DNA of 59,159 nt, filler included. It is 4 parts of 4 records of this genome, joined end to end, with 100 filler letters (N's around TTAATTAATTAA, not from the genome) between each part and the next. Parts side by side here need not be neighbours in the genome. Positions count along the whole stretch, not along the records: positions 14,928 to 29,924 come from SRR22947727_3389; positions 30,025 to 52,041 come from SRR22947727_3392; 2 more parts are not named here. One strand, 5' to 3'. The notes under the pieces are model-generated. The model made no database searches. It had not been told where the DNA came from and was given only the letters and a program-made list of their open reading frames with translations. Positions 29,004 to 39,509 of the stretch are shown in pieces. Positions within the stretch are counted from its first letter, which is position 1, and each line of letters opens with the position of its first letter. The translations under genes and the position numbers were made by a program.

Positions 29004-29924
29004 TTGACCAATTCTAACCCTCTTCATTCTTGGCGCTTTTCAACCGCTCCCTGTATGGATTGGACCGACCGCCACTGCCGTCGCTTCTGGCGCACGCTCA
29101 CACGCCATGCTCGGGTGTATACCGAGATGGTCACCACCGGGGCGCTGTTACATGGCGATGTAGAACGGCACCTGCGCTTTAATGAGGAGGAACACCCCGT
29201 TGCATTGCAGCTCGGTGGCGCCTCACCCGCCGACCTGGCCGCCTGCGCCAAGCTCGGCGCCGACTGGGGCTACGACGAAATCAACTTAAACTGTGGCTGC
29301 CCGTCTGATCGTGTGCAAAGCGGCCGCTTTGGCGCCTGCCTGATGGCTGAACCGGAACTAGTCCGCGACTGCATGGCTGCCATGCGCGATGCCTGTGACG
29401 TGCCGGTGACCATCAAACACCGCATTGGTATTGATCAACAAGAGAGCTACTCGGAGCTCGCCGACTTTGTGGGCACCGTGTCCCATGGTGGCGCAGAGGT
29501 GTTCATCGTGCACGCACGAAAAGCCTGGCTACAGGGATTATCGCCCAAACAGAATCGTGAGATTCCACCGCTCAATTACGAGTGGGTCTATCAGCTCAAA
29601 CGCGATTTTCCTGCGCTGACCCTTGTCATTAATGGCGGCATCGAGACACTGGATGCTTGCGACACGCATCTTGAACACGTGGATGGCGTGATGCTGGGCC
29701 GCGCGGCGTATCAAAACCCCTGGCTGCTCCACGACGTGGACGAACGATTTTTTGGGGTGGCTTCGAGCTCACAGAGTCGAGCGCAGGCCGTGGAGTCGCT
29801 CATGCCGTATATCGAGGCGCAGCTTGCCAACGGGGCACGATTGCACCACGTTGTGCGACACATGCTCGGCTTGTACCAAGGGCAATATGGAAGCCGCCAA
29901 TATCGGCGCCACCTGAGTGAGCGC
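29004..29924 (+). CDS. dusA: tRNA-dihydrouridine(20/20a) synthase (3'-truncated)
   Basis: APCMDWTDRHCR, EEHPVALQLGG, NLNCGCPSDRVQSGRFGACLM, HARKAWLQGLSPKQNREIPPL. Confidence 0.93.
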
Positions 29925-30024
29925 NNNNNNNNNNNNNNNNNNNNNNNNNNNNNNNNNNNNNNNNNNNNTTAATTAATTAANNNNNNNNNNNNNNNNNNNN
30001 NNNNNNNNNNNNNNNNNNNNNNNN
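29925..30024. other. Artificial contig linker
   Basis: 44 N + TTAATTAATTAA + 44 N. Confidence 0.99.
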
Positions 30025-30054
30025 TCGCGGGTTCGAGCCCCGTCAACCGCGCCA
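30025..30054 (+). tRNA. 3' part of a tRNA (T-arm, acceptor strand, CCA), probably tRNA-Asp
   Basis: TCGCGGGTTCGAGCCCCGTCAACCGCGCCA: GTTCGA T-loop, G discriminator, CCA; anticodon lost in the gap, so identity is inferred. Confidence 0.75.
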
Positions 30055-30118
30055 TTTTCGTCCAATATTTCAAGATCATGAAACTAGATCATATCGCTGG
30101 CCAAAGGCGTGGTGGTGG

Positions 30119-31501
30119 CTACCCATACAGCCTGTGCAAGATCCTTGCCCAGCTGCGAATGCCTTTATGAAAGCTCCGCAGGTCGTATTTTTCATTCGGA
30201 CTGTGAATCGCGTCATTATCGCGGGCAAAGCCAATCAACATCGCATCCATCCCGAGAATCGACTTGAAATGCCCGGCGATGGGTATCGACCCGCCGCATC
30301 CAACAAAGGCGGCCGGATTTGGCCATTCGTCAGAGAGCGCCGCGCGTGCGGCGTCAAAGGCCGGGTTGTCGATGGACATTTCAGATCCGGCGGAGGCGCC
30401 ATGGGATTTGAACGCGACGCTGCAATCGGCCGGCAGCAGGGCGCGCACCATAGCGCGGAAATTCTCGCGGATTACATGGGGGTCTTGCTGGCCAACCAAG
30501 CGGAAAGAGATTTTCGCATGGGCCTGGCTTGGCAAAACAGTTTTAAATCCTGCACCTGTGTAACCGCTCCAGATACCATTCACCTCGCAGGTGGGGCGTG
30601 ACCAGATCATTTCCAGGGCGCTACGCCCTTGCTCGCCGGCCAGATCGGACAGATCCACCTGTCCCAAAAATCCGTCTTGGTCAAAGTTAAGCCCCTCCCA
30701 TTGCGCGGCAATCTCAGGCGGCAGCTCTGGCACGCCGTCGTAAAACCCGGGGACAGTGATGCGGCCTTGGTCGTCATGCAGAGCCGCGATAATTTTTGCC
30801 AAAACCCGAGCCGGGTTCATCGCCGGTCCGCCGTACATGCCGGAGTGCAGATCCTTGGACGGGCCTGTGATGGTCAACTCCTCGCCCAAAAGCCCCCTCA
30901 GGCGGCTGACAATTCCAGGGGTGTCATCGCCAAAAAGTCCGGTGTCACAGATCATCGCAACATCTGCGGTTAACTCTTTTGCATTCTCACGCATGAAGGG
31001 CACCAATGAGGGGGAGCCGGATTCTTCTTCACCTTCAAAAAAGAGGCTGATTTTGCCGGGCAGGGTACCATGGACCGCCTTCCAAGCGCGGCAGGCCTCG
31101 ATGAAGGTCATCAGCTGGCCCTTATCATCTGACGCGCCGCGGGCACGGATCACCGGCCCGAGATCGCCCTGTTCCAAAGTCGGTTCAAAAGGAGACCGAT
31201 CCCATAGGTCAAGCGGATCCACGGGCTGTACGTCGTAATGGCCATAAAATAAAACATGCGGCCCTTCCGAGCCGGCATGGGCAATGACCATAGGGTGACC
31301 CGGTGTGGCGCGCTTGCTGGCGTCAAAGCCAATGGATTTAAGATCCTCGACCAACCAATCCGCGGCTTTGTCACAGTCTTGACCATAGGCCGGGTCCGTT
31401 GAGATGCTTGGAATGCGAAGCAAGCTGAAAAGATGCTCAGTTGTCTGGTCGATGTGCGCGTCGATGTGAGCCAAAACGGGGTCGAGCATAGCTGCGGACA
31501 T
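30119..31501 (-). CDS. M20/M25/M40 metallo-hydrolase (dipeptidase)
   Basis: YGHYDVQP, ARGASDDKG, EGEEESGS, DLHSG, HSPNEK. Confidence 0.92.
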   Translation of the reverse strand: MSAAMLDPVLAHIDAHIDQTTEHLFSLLRIPSISTDPAYGQDCDKAADWLVEDLKSIGFDASKRATPGHPMVIAHAGSEGPHVLFYGHYDVQPVDPLDLWDRSPFEPTLEQGDLGPVIRARGASDDKGQLMTFIEACRAWKAVHGTLPGKISLFFEGEEESGSPSLVPFMRENAKELTADVAMICDTGLFGDDTPGIVSRLRGLLGEELTITGPSKDLHSGMYGGPAMNPARVLAKIIAALHDDQGRITVPGFYDGVPELPPEIAAQWEGLNFDQDGFLGQVDLSDLAGEQGRSALEMIWSRPTCEVNGIWSGYTGAGFKTVLPSQAHAKISFRLVGQQDPHVIRENFRAMVRALLPADCSVAFKSHGASAGSEMSIDNPAFDAARAALSDEWPNPAAFVGCGGSIPIAGHFKSILGMDAMLIGFARDNDAIHSPNEKYDLRSFHKGIRSWARILHRLYG

Positions 31502-31785
31502 GGGGCCTCCAAACAGTTTAATAAATCGAATCTCCCCCCTACTGGTTGGGTATTGGCGCGGTTAGTCAAACAAAAATACGGGGCATTTCGGAATGGTTTA
31601 GGGTGATATCAAAGCTGTTACATGCTGAAAATGTATATTTCTGAAGGAAAAAGGTGGCTAAACCTCGCTTATTGAACCAAATTATAGGCAGAAGCTCTAT
31701 ATTTTTTTCGCCGATATGATATTAATGTTTTATCCGTCCGGAGGCCATTGGGGGCGCCCGGGGGTAAAATGTGCAGGGCAGCTCC

Positions 31786-33018
31786 ATGATTGGCCGTAAG
31801 TCAACACGCCTAAAGAACATTAAAAAACCGTTAAAGCTGAAAGGCTTTGACGATTTTGAGGTGACTCTTGGGGATGTGATGCGCGGGGAGCGTGCGACGC
31901 GCGGCAAGTCTCTCATGGACGTGCAACATGACCTTAGAATCAAGGCCACATATATCGCCGGAGTGGAAGATTGCGACCCTTCCGTGTTTGATACGCCGGG
32001 ATTTATTGCCGGCTATGTGCGTTCCTATGCGAAATATCTTGGTATGGATCCGGACGCCGCCTTTCAAATGTTCTGTAAAGAAAGCGGATTTGAATCTATC
32101 CATGGCATGTCGGAGCGTGCGCTGCCCACGCGACTGAGCCGCGAAGAGCGCTTGGCCGCGTCTATTACCCGACGGCCCGCCGGTGTCATCGCCAGCACCA
32201 CGCCATTTTTACCGCCGAAAGAAAGTTTCTTTAACCGGGTCGATGTGCGGGCTTTTGTGTCTTCGGTGGTGCTGATGCTTTTGCTCGGCGGGCTGGGCTA
32301 TGGGGCCTATTCGGTCGTGCAAAAAATCCAGCGTGTGCAAATGGTCCCGGTTGAACAGGCCCCATTGGTGGCCTCTGATCTGGATCCTCTGCGGCCACGC
32401 GAGGCAGCCTCTCTGGGGTCTTCCGTTCAAAACGCGCAAAGCGACGATATTTACAGCCGTATCTACCAACCGCAGGCCTTAGACGTCCCCGTTGTGGTGC
32501 CGCGGGATGGACCGATCGCCAATATTGATCCAGACCAACGCGGCGCTTTTGCGGCGCAAGAGCCGCCCATGGTCACGGCTTTTGTGGATGAGAGCATTGA
32601 AGATATTCTGGCCGATATCGTCAGCCCCGCGCCAGAGCTGGAAGCTGAAGCGGCACTACAGCTGGTCGAGAGTTTTCCCGCGCCGGTGCAGCTTGTCTCG
32701 TCTCAAGGTGTTTGGCTAAGGGTCAAAGATGCCGATGGGTCGATCATTTTCGAGCGTATCATGGATGCGCATACGCCCTATGAGGTGCCGCTCAACGATC
32801 CCCCGGCGGTGATCGAGCGGGCGGGCAATGCAAGCGCGTTGTTCTTTTTGGTGAATGGCGCGCTCTATGGTCCGGCCGGGGGCAGCGGGCGTGTGGCTAA
32901 AAATATTGAACTCTCAGCGGAGAAACTGACGCAAAGCTATGAGCGTTACGCGCCGCAGGATCGGTCGCCGCTTTATAGTTTACTGCTTGAGCTTGAAACT
33001 GACCGCGTCAAACCCTAG
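31786..33018 (+). CDS. rodZ: RodZ-like protein (HTH, TM helix, periplasmic DUF4115)
   Basis: LGDVMRGER..GYVRSYAKYLG HTH, one TM, WLRV..DG..GNA C-domain; upstream of ispG. Confidence 0.8.
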   Translation: MIGRKSTRLKNIKKPLKLKGFDDFEVTLGDVMRGERATRGKSLMDVQHDLRIKATYIAGVEDCDPSVFDTPGFIAGYVRSYAKYLGMDPDAAFQMFCKESGFESIHGMSERALPTRLSREERLAASITRRPAGVIASTTPFLPPKESFFNRVDVRAFVSSVVLMLLLGGLGYGAYSVVQKIQRVQMVPVEQAPLVASDLDPLRPREAASLGSSVQNAQSDDIYSRIYQPQALDVPVVVPRDGPIANIDPDQRGAFAAQEPPMVTAFVDESIEDILADIVSPAPELEAEAALQLVESFPAPVQLVSSQGVWLRVKDADGSIIFERIMDAHTPYEVPLNDPPAVIERAGNASALFFLVNGALYGPAGGSGRVAKNIELSAEKLTQSYERYAPQDRSPLYSLLLELETDRVKP

Positions 33019-33054
33019 TCATAAGGCAACAACCTTAACTCGTGAAAGTGTCGC

Positions 33055-34188
33055 ATGTCTCTCAATCATATTCGCCCGTGGCGTAACATTTACCGCCGCA
33101 AAAGTCGGCAGATCATGGTTGGCTCGGTTCCGGTGGGTGGGGACGCGCCCATTACGGTCCAGACAATGACCAATACGTTGACCACGGATGTAGCTGCAAC
33201 CGTTTCACAGATTCAGGCCTGTGCGGATGCCGGCGCGGATATTGTCCGGGTCTCTGTGCCCGACGAGGCCTCCTCCAAGGCGCTCAAAGAGATTGTGCGT
33301 GAAAGCCCGGTCCCGATCGTGGCAGACATCCATTTTCACTATAAGCGCGGCATAGAGGCCGCGGAGGCTGGCGCGGCCTGCCTGCGGATCAACCCGGGCA
33401 ATATTGGCAGCCAAGAGCGCGTGCGCGAGGTGATCAAAGCGGCCCGCGATTATGGCTGTTCGATGCGGATCGGCGTGAATGCCGGCTCGCTTGAGAAACA
33501 TTTGCTCGACAAATACGGTGAGCCTTGCCCGGATGCGATGGTGGAAAGCGGGCTTGAGCATATTAAAATTCTGCAAGACAATGATTTCCATGACTTTAAA
33601 ATAAGCGTCAAGGCCAGTGATGTTTTCATGGCCGCCGCGGCCTATCAAGCCTTGGCGGAGGCCACTGATGCGCCGATTCACCTTGGGATCACGGAAGCTG
33701 GTGGCCTGATGTCCGGCACGATCAAATCCGCCATTGGTTTGGGAAATCTGCTCTGGATGGGCATTGGCGATACGATCCGCGTCAGCCTCTCGGCCGATCC
33801 TGTGGAAGAGGTGAAGGTTGGCTATGACATCCTCAAATCACTGGGCCTGCGTCATCGCGGGGTGAATATCATTTCCTGCCCAAGCTGCGCGCGGCAGGGC
33901 TTTGACGTGATCAAAACCGTTGAGGTTTTGGAGCGCCGGCTTGAGCATATCAAAACGCCCATGTCGCTTTCGATCATCGGCTGCGTGGTCAATGGTCCGG
34001 GTGAGGCCTTAATGACCGATGTGGGCTTCACCGGTGGTGGGAATGGCGCGGGTATGGTCTATTTGGCGGGGCAGCAAAGCCATAAATTGTCAAATGACGA
34101 GATGGTGGAGCATATTGTCAGCCAAGTGGAAACCCGCGCGGCACAGCTCGACCTGGAAGCGGCCGCGGTGGAGAATGCAGCCAACTAA
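33055..34188 (+). CDS. ispG: 4-hydroxy-3-methylbut-2-en-1-yl diphosphate synthase
   Basis: [37 protein letters not shown]. Confidence 0.97.
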   Translation: MSLNHIRPWRNIYRRKSRQIMVGSVPVGGDAPITVQTMTNTLTTDVAATVSQIQACADAGADIVRVSVPDEASSKALKEIVRESPVPIVADIHFHYKRGIEAAEAGAACLRINPGNIGSQERVREVIKAARDYGCSMRIGVNAGSLEKHLLDKYGEPCPDAMVESGLEHIKILQDNDFHDFKISVKASDVFMAAAAYQALAEATDAPIHLGITEAGGLMSGTIKSAIGLGNLLWMGIGDTIRVSLSADPVEEVKVGYDILKSLGLRHRGVNIISCPSCARQGFDVIKTVEVLERRLEHIKTPMSLSIIGCVVNGPGEALMTDVGFTGGGNGAGMVYLAGQQSHKLSNDEMVEHIVSQVETRAAQLDLEAAAVENAAN

Positions 34189-35498
34189 GGCGTTTTCGCC
34201 GCGTCCAAAATATCCTGCGCCCTTTGCCATGCCGCCGAGCCGCGCGGTAAGAGGTCTTCGGCCCGTTTGGCCTGTATGGCGGCATTTTGCATATTGCCTT
34301 GCAATGCATAGCGCTCTGCAATCGCCAGAACAGCCTGTCCTTGCTGGCCACTGCGGGCAAAGGCTGTGCCGATATCGCGTAAAATTCGCGCGTCTCGATT
34401 GTCGAGGTTGCGGGCCTTTTGCAAAATTTTCAGAGCTTGCGCGTTTGAATTTTTGGTGTTTTGCGCCAGGAGCGATCGACCATATCCCCCCAAGATAAGC
34501 GCATTGTTGGGCGCCAGCTGGGCGGCTCTGGCATAGGCTTTTGTTGCAGCCGAAAATTCGCGGCTTTCCAATAGGATTTGCCCCTGTAGCTCCCGGTAAT
34601 ATGCATCGTTGGGATGGGCCTCGACCAGCTGGGCCATATTCTTTTTAGCAGTGCCTCTGCGGCCACTGCGGTGCTCGGCGATAGCTCTGCGCATCAAATC
34701 AACGTCTGAACTGCCCGTCGCGCGTCGCAAGGTCCATTGGGGCGCCCGCAGAAATCCTGATAACTTGCCTTGAATGCGTGAAAACCAATAGGCCTGTTTG
34801 GCATCTGGCCTATGTGAGGGCGCGTTTGCGGCATAGGCGTTGATGGTGCGAATGCGGTCGCGGTTGAGGGGATGGCTGCGCGTATAGGGATCTTGATGCT
34901 CCTCGCTCAGATTAGACTGACCGATGAAGAGCTCGAAGACTTCGACCATGGCGGCGGGGTCAACCTTGGCCGCATTCATGAAGCGCAATGCCGACTGATC
35001 TGCCGCGGATTCTTCAATGCGGGTATGGGCAAGCAAGACACGATTTATCGATCCAGGGGTGCCAAGGGCCAGTCCGAGACCTGCATCTGTATGGCCAGCT
35101 AAGACTGCGGCGGCGGCAACCAATACGCCAAAGGAAATGGCCCTATTGGCCCGCTGAACATTGGCGAGACGTCGCGAAATATGTCCATTGGTGATATGCG
35201 CCGCCTCATGGGCGATCACCGATTGCAGCTGCGCGGCAGTTTTCAGTTGAAGCACCAATCCGGCATGTACAAAAATATGTTTGTTATCAATGATAAAAGC
35301 ATTCAATCCCATGTCGTTGACGATCCAAACCTTCACATCATCACTATTGAGATTTGCAGCGCGCAGGATCGGCTCGGCCAGCTGCTGCAACCCATATTCG
35401 ATATCTGGATCGCGCAGCAGGCTGACACTATGGGCGGCAGAGGCGTTGAGGGCGCAAAAAATGGAGAGAAAAATTGCTTTCAAATATGTCTTGAACAT
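34185..35498 (-). CDS. M48 metalloprotease with TPR region (BepA-like)
   Basis: Signal peptide, [17 protein letters not shown] zinc motif, SHPL. Confidence 0.88.
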   Translation of the reverse strand: MFKTYLKAIFLSIFCALNASAAHSVSLLRDPDIEYGLQQLAEPILRAANLNSDDVKVWIVNDMGLNAFIIDNKHIFVHAGLVLQLKTAAQLQSVIAHEAAHITNGHISRRLANVQRANRAISFGVLVAAAAVLAGHTDAGLGLALGTPGSINRVLLAHTRIEESAADQSALRFMNAAKVDPAAMVEVFELFIGQSNLSEEHQDPYTRSHPLNRDRIRTINAYAANAPSHRPDAKQAYWFSRIQGKLSGFLRAPQWTLRRATGSSDVDLMRRAIAEHRSGRRGTAKKNMAQLVEAHPNDAYYRELQGQILLESREFSAATKAYARAAQLAPNNALILGGYGRSLLAQNTKNSNAQALKILQKARNLDNRDARILRDIGTAFARSGQQGQAVLAIAERYALQGNMQNAAIQAKRAEDLLPRGSAAWQRAQDILDAAKTP

Positions 35499-35546
35499 GT
35501 ATCGGTCCTTGGGCCATCTATTAGAGCGTTTGCGAAAGGAAAAGGC

Positions 35547-36695
35547 ATGCCATTGTCGAAACGAAGTCAAGTTGATCCTTTCATTGTTATGGACGTAATG
35601 GAAGCGGCGCGTGCCGCTGAGGCGGAAGGTCGCCGAATTGTGCATATGGAAGTGGGGCAACCGAGTACAGCTGCGCCTCTTAAGGCCCGGCAAGCTGTGG
35701 CCGCAGCGCTGCCGCATGATGCGATGGGCTATACGGTGGCCCTTGGGTTGCCGGAGTTGCGCGCGGGAATCGCAACGCTTTATAAACGTTGGTATGATGT
35801 AGATTTGGACCCGGCGCGGGTTGTTGTCACCTCTGGCTCATCGGCAGGGTTTCTCCTCGCTTTCACAGGATTGTTCGATCCCGGCGCGCGCGTCGCGGTG
35901 GCCGCGCCCGGCTATCCGTCTTACCGGCAAATTTTAAAGGCCCTGGCGCTCACCCCAGTGGATATTCCCACCCATGCCAGCCAAGGCCATCAATTGCGGG
36001 TCGCTGATTTGCAACATCAGCAACTCGATGGGTTGCTGGTGGCCTCGCCCGGCAATCCCACAGGCACGATGATTGATAAGCCAAGTTTGGCCGCTCTGGC
36101 CGATTTTGCGCAATCTCGAGACATAGGCTTCATATCCGATGAAATTTACCACGGGATTGAATATGACAAAAAAGCCGTCACGGCGCTTGAGGTCACAGAT
36201 CGGGCCTATGTGATCAATTCTTTTTCGAAGTATTTCTCGATGACGGGTTGGCGGATTGGCTGGCTGGTGGTGCCGGAAAATCATCTGCGCAGTGTCGAGC
36301 GTTTGGCGCAAAATATGTTTATTTGCCCGCCGCATGTCAGTCAGCTGGCGGCTCTGGCGGCCCTGCAATGCCACGATGAAATGCAAGAAAACCTGGCCGT
36401 ATATCGCGAGAACCGCCGCCTGATGCTGCAAGGCCTGCCTGAGGCGGGTTTGACGCAGATCGCGCCGCCAGATGGGGCTTTTTATATTTATGCAGATATC
36501 TCTGAGTTTGGCGTCGACAGTCGGACCTTTGCTGCGGAAGTCTTACAAGAGGCGGGGGTGGCTCTTACGCCTGGACTGGATTTCGACCCGATCCGGGGGG
36601 GGCACACAATTCGGCTGTCCTATGCACAAGCGACTGGAGAAATTATTGAGGGCCTGCGGCGTTTGAAGCAGTTTATGCACAATCGATATGTGTGA
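35547..36695 (+). CDS. PLP-dependent class I/II aminotransferase
   Basis: HMEVGQP, SPGNPTG, SDEIYH, NSFSKYFSMTGWRIG. Confidence 0.92.
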   Translation: MPLSKRSQVDPFIVMDVMEAARAAEAEGRRIVHMEVGQPSTAAPLKARQAVAAALPHDAMGYTVALGLPELRAGIATLYKRWYDVDLDPARVVVTSGSSAGFLLAFTGLFDPGARVAVAAPGYPSYRQILKALALTPVDIPTHASQGHQLRVADLQHQQLDGLLVASPGNPTGTMIDKPSLAALADFAQSRDIGFISDEIYHGIEYDKKAVTALEVTDRAYVINSFSKYFSMTGWRIGWLVVPENHLRSVERLAQNMFICPPHVSQLAALAALQCHDEMQENLAVYRENRRLMLQGLPEAGLTQIAPPDGAFYIYADISEFGVDSRTFAAEVLQEAGVALTPGLDFDPIRGGHTIRLSYAQATGEIIEGLRRLKQFMHNRYV

Positions 36696-36775
36696 AATTT
36701 CAGCAAGATTTGGCCTGCAAGACGGGCTTTGAACAATTTGAGCCGCTCTGCGCTTATATTTGGCGCATTCGTGTT

Positions 36776-36804
36776 TTGACCTGAGCCGGCGCACCGCATA
36801 TAGA
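36776..36804 (+). promoter_or_regulatory. Candidate sigma70 promoter for PBP1A
   Basis: TTGACC-N17-TATAGA; lacks the -7 T, as is common in alphaproteobacterial promoters. Confidence 0.4.
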
Positions 36805-36887
36805 GACGAAAAGACGGAGCCAAACCCCCTATGCCCAGCCTGAGCGCCCTCGGAAAATTAGTCACCAGATCCTGCGCGCGCCTCGCG

Positions 36888-39425
36888 ATGCTGTGCTTGC
36901 GCATTTTGGGGGCAATTTTTTCATCGCTGACTTTGGCTGCGGTGTTTGGCGCGGTGGTCTTAGGTGCGATTTTCCTGATCTATGGGCAAGGGTTGCCCAG
37001 TCATGATGAATTGGCCAGCTATCAGCCGAAAACAATCAGCCGGATTTACTCGGGTGAGGGGCATATCATCGATGAATTTGCGACCGAACGGCGCCTTTTT
37101 GCATCGGCCGATGAGATACCGGATTTGGTGAAGGCGGCGTTTATTTCCGCTGAGGATAAGAATTTCTATAGCCACGCGGGCTATGATCCAGCCGGGATGG
37201 CCGCAGCTCTGCGCGACGCGATTGTCTCGCGCGGGGCCAATTTGCGCGGTGCCTCGACCATCACGCAACAGGTGATGAAAAACTTCCTGCTCGACGGGTC
37301 ACGCTCGGCAGAACGTAAGATTAAAGAGCTGATATTGGCCACGCGAATTGAAGGCACTTTGGATAAAGAAGGTATTCTAGAGCTTTATCTTAATGAGATT
37401 TTTTTAGGACAAAATTCCTTTGGGGTCGCGGCGGCAGCTCAGACCTATTTCAACAAACCTCTCGACGATCTTTTACCCGAGGAGGTCGCCTATTTGGCGA
37501 CCTTACCCAAGGCTCCATCAAAGTACCATCCCGTGCGCCAGCGTGAGCGGGCCATAGCGCGGCGCAATTTTGTATTGCGTGAGATGAATGAAAATGGGTT
37601 CTTGTCAGATATTGAGTATGAGATGGCCCGTAAGAAACCGCTCAAGACCGTTCAAAGTGGCGATTTTGCCAGCTTTCGCAGCAATCTGCCCGGGCGGGAT
37701 TACCCCACAGATGAGATACGCCGGCAATTGACCCGCGACTTTGGCACGGCTGAATTTTTCACTGGCGGCTATTCCGTTCGGGCGACGATTGATCCGACAT
37801 TGCAACAGGTGGCGGCGCAAAGCCTGCGGCTCGGGCTTGAAGATTATGACCGGGCGCAAGGCGTGTATCATGGCACAGGTCAGGTGATTGCCGCTGAGCA
37901 GCTGGGCGATTGGCGCGCCGCGTTGAGCAAGCTCGACGTGCCGCGCGATATTGTGATCAATCAGCTTTGGCGTCCAGCGGTTGTGTTGGAGCTGATGAAA
38001 AGCGATGCGCGCTTGGGTATTGAAGGGATAGAGGGCGACGCTCATATCCTACCGGCCAGCGATGTGACATGGGCGAAAAAGCAAAATAGCGATGGCAGCA
38101 TCAGCAAATCAGCAGCCAAGCGGGTCAAAGACTTGCTCTCCGTCGGTGACGTGATTTTGGTGTCGCCGGTTGTTAACCCAGAAGATGGGGTCTTTGTGAA
38201 TTGGTCACTGCGCCAGGTGCCAAAGATCCAAGGCGGGTTTGTCGCCATGGATGTGCATACGGGCCGGGTCCTGGCGATGCAGGGCGGATTTTCCTATCAA
38301 CACTCCGTGTTCAACCGCGCCACGCAGGCCAAACGTCAGCCCGGCTCTTCTTTTAAGCCTTTTGTCTATGCTGCCGCCCTCGACAGCGGCTATAGCCCAG
38401 CGACCATTGTGATTGACGCGCCGATTGAGGTCGACACGCCACAAGGCTTGTGGCGCCCCAAGAATTACTCAGATAAATTCTATGGCCCGACGCCGGTGCG
38501 CACGGGTATCGAGCAATCAAGAAATCTCATGACCGTGCGATTGGCTCAGGAATTGGGCATGCCGACGATTGCGCTATATGCGGAGAAATTCGGGGTTTAC
38601 GATAACATGAAGCCCTACCTTTCGGCCTCACTGGGGTCTGAAGAGACGACGCTTTACAAAATGGTGTCGGCCTATGCCATGTTCGCCAATGGTGGCGAGC
38701 GGGTGCAGCCCACCTTGGTTGATCGGGTGCAAGATCGGAACGGCAAAACCGTGTTTTTGCATGATCAACGCAGCTGTGACGATTGCCGAACCCCAGATCT
38801 GATGGCCGGCCGCCTGCCCAAGATTACGTCAAACCGCGAGCGGGTGATGGATCCGGTCACCGCCTATCAATTAACCGCGATGATGGAAGGGGTCGTTGAG
38901 CGTGGCACAGCCAGCCGGTCGGTCAATCTTCCCGTGCCCGTGGCAGGAAAGACCGGAACCACCAATGAGGCCAAGGATGTCTGGTTCGTGGGCTTCACCA
39001 GCAATATCGCGGCGGGCTGTTATATGGGTATGGACCAGCCAAAGCCTTTGGGTCGCGGCGCTGGCGGTGGCGGCATGTGTGGACCTGTGTTCAATCGCTT
39101 TATGGAGGTGGCGATTGAGCGCTATGGTGCCGGCGAATTCACCGTGCCGGACAATGGTACCTTTATCAACATCAACCGCTTTACGGGCGCGCGTTTGCAG
39201 GAGGACGCCGAGGGGGATCATGTGGTCGCTGAATTTTTCCGCGATGGAAGCGAGCCGATTTTTGGTGTGGCTTTTGACGGGGGCTTTCAGGTCAGCAGCA
39301 ATATGCCCATGTTTGCGGAAGGGGAGACCGAAGAGATGCAACAGGTCATCAACTCCACCGGCAAGACAATCACTGTGGCGCCCCAGGCCTCCTTTGGCTC
39401 TTTGTCGTCCGGTGGGCTTTACTGA
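36888..39425 (+). CDS. mrcA: Penicillin-binding protein 1A
   Basis: EDKNFYSH, GASTITQQ, RKIKE (transglycosylase); SSFK, SRN, KTG (transpeptidase); start uncertain. Confidence 0.92.
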   Translation: MLCLRILGAIFSSLTLAAVFGAVVLGAIFLIYGQGLPSHDELASYQPKTISRIYSGEGHIIDEFATERRLFASADEIPDLVKAAFISAEDKNFYSHAGYDPAGMAAALRDAIVSRGANLRGASTITQQVMKNFLLDGSRSAERKIKELILATRIEGTLDKEGILELYLNEIFLGQNSFGVAAAAQTYFNKPLDDLLPEEVAYLATLPKAPSKYHPVRQRERAIARRNFVLREMNENGFLSDIEYEMARKKPLKTVQSGDFASFRSNLPGRDYPTDEIRRQLTRDFGTAEFFTGGYSVRATIDPTLQQVAAQSLRLGLEDYDRAQGVYHGTGQVIAAEQLGDWRAALSKLDVPRDIVINQLWRPAVVLELMKSDARLGIEGIEGDAHILPASDVTWAKKQNSDGSISKSAAKRVKDLLSVGDVILVSPVVNPEDGVFVNWSLRQVPKIQGGFVAMDVHTGRVLAMQGGFSYQHSVFNRATQAKRQPGSSFKPFVYAAALDSGYSPATIVIDAPIEVDTPQGLWRPKNYSDKFYGPTPVRTGIEQSRNLMTVRLAQELGMPTIALYAEKFGVYDNMKPYLSASLGSEETTLYKMVSAYAMFANGGERVQPTLVDRVQDRNGKTVFLHDQRSCDDCRTPDLMAGRLPKITSNRERVMDPVTAYQLTAMMEGVVERGTASRSVNLPVPVAGKTGTTNEAKDVWFVGFTSNIAAGCYMGMDQPKPLGRGAGGGGMCGPVFNRFMEVAIERYGAGEFTVPDNGTFININRFTGARLQEDAEGDHVVAEFFRDGSEPIFGVAFDGGFQVSSNMPMFAEGETEEMQQVINSTGKTITVAPQASFGSLSSGGLY

Positions 39426-39509
39426 CGAAAATCGGTTGTGGCGCTTGGCAATCGCTCCTGGCTTGGGTAGACCGATCCCAACTGAACTTCATAATCTGGT
39501 AGGTTTGAT

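Noticed and set aside
28947..29100. dusA-associated integrative element, and an apparent shared start at 28947
   Set aside because: No integrase or duplicated dusA 5' end is visible; both track starts at 28947 are probably over-extended
35181..35717. Apparent long head-to-head overlap of the M48 and aminotransferase ORFs
   Set aside because: Likely real starts (35498 minus, 35547 plus) leave a normal 48-bp gap
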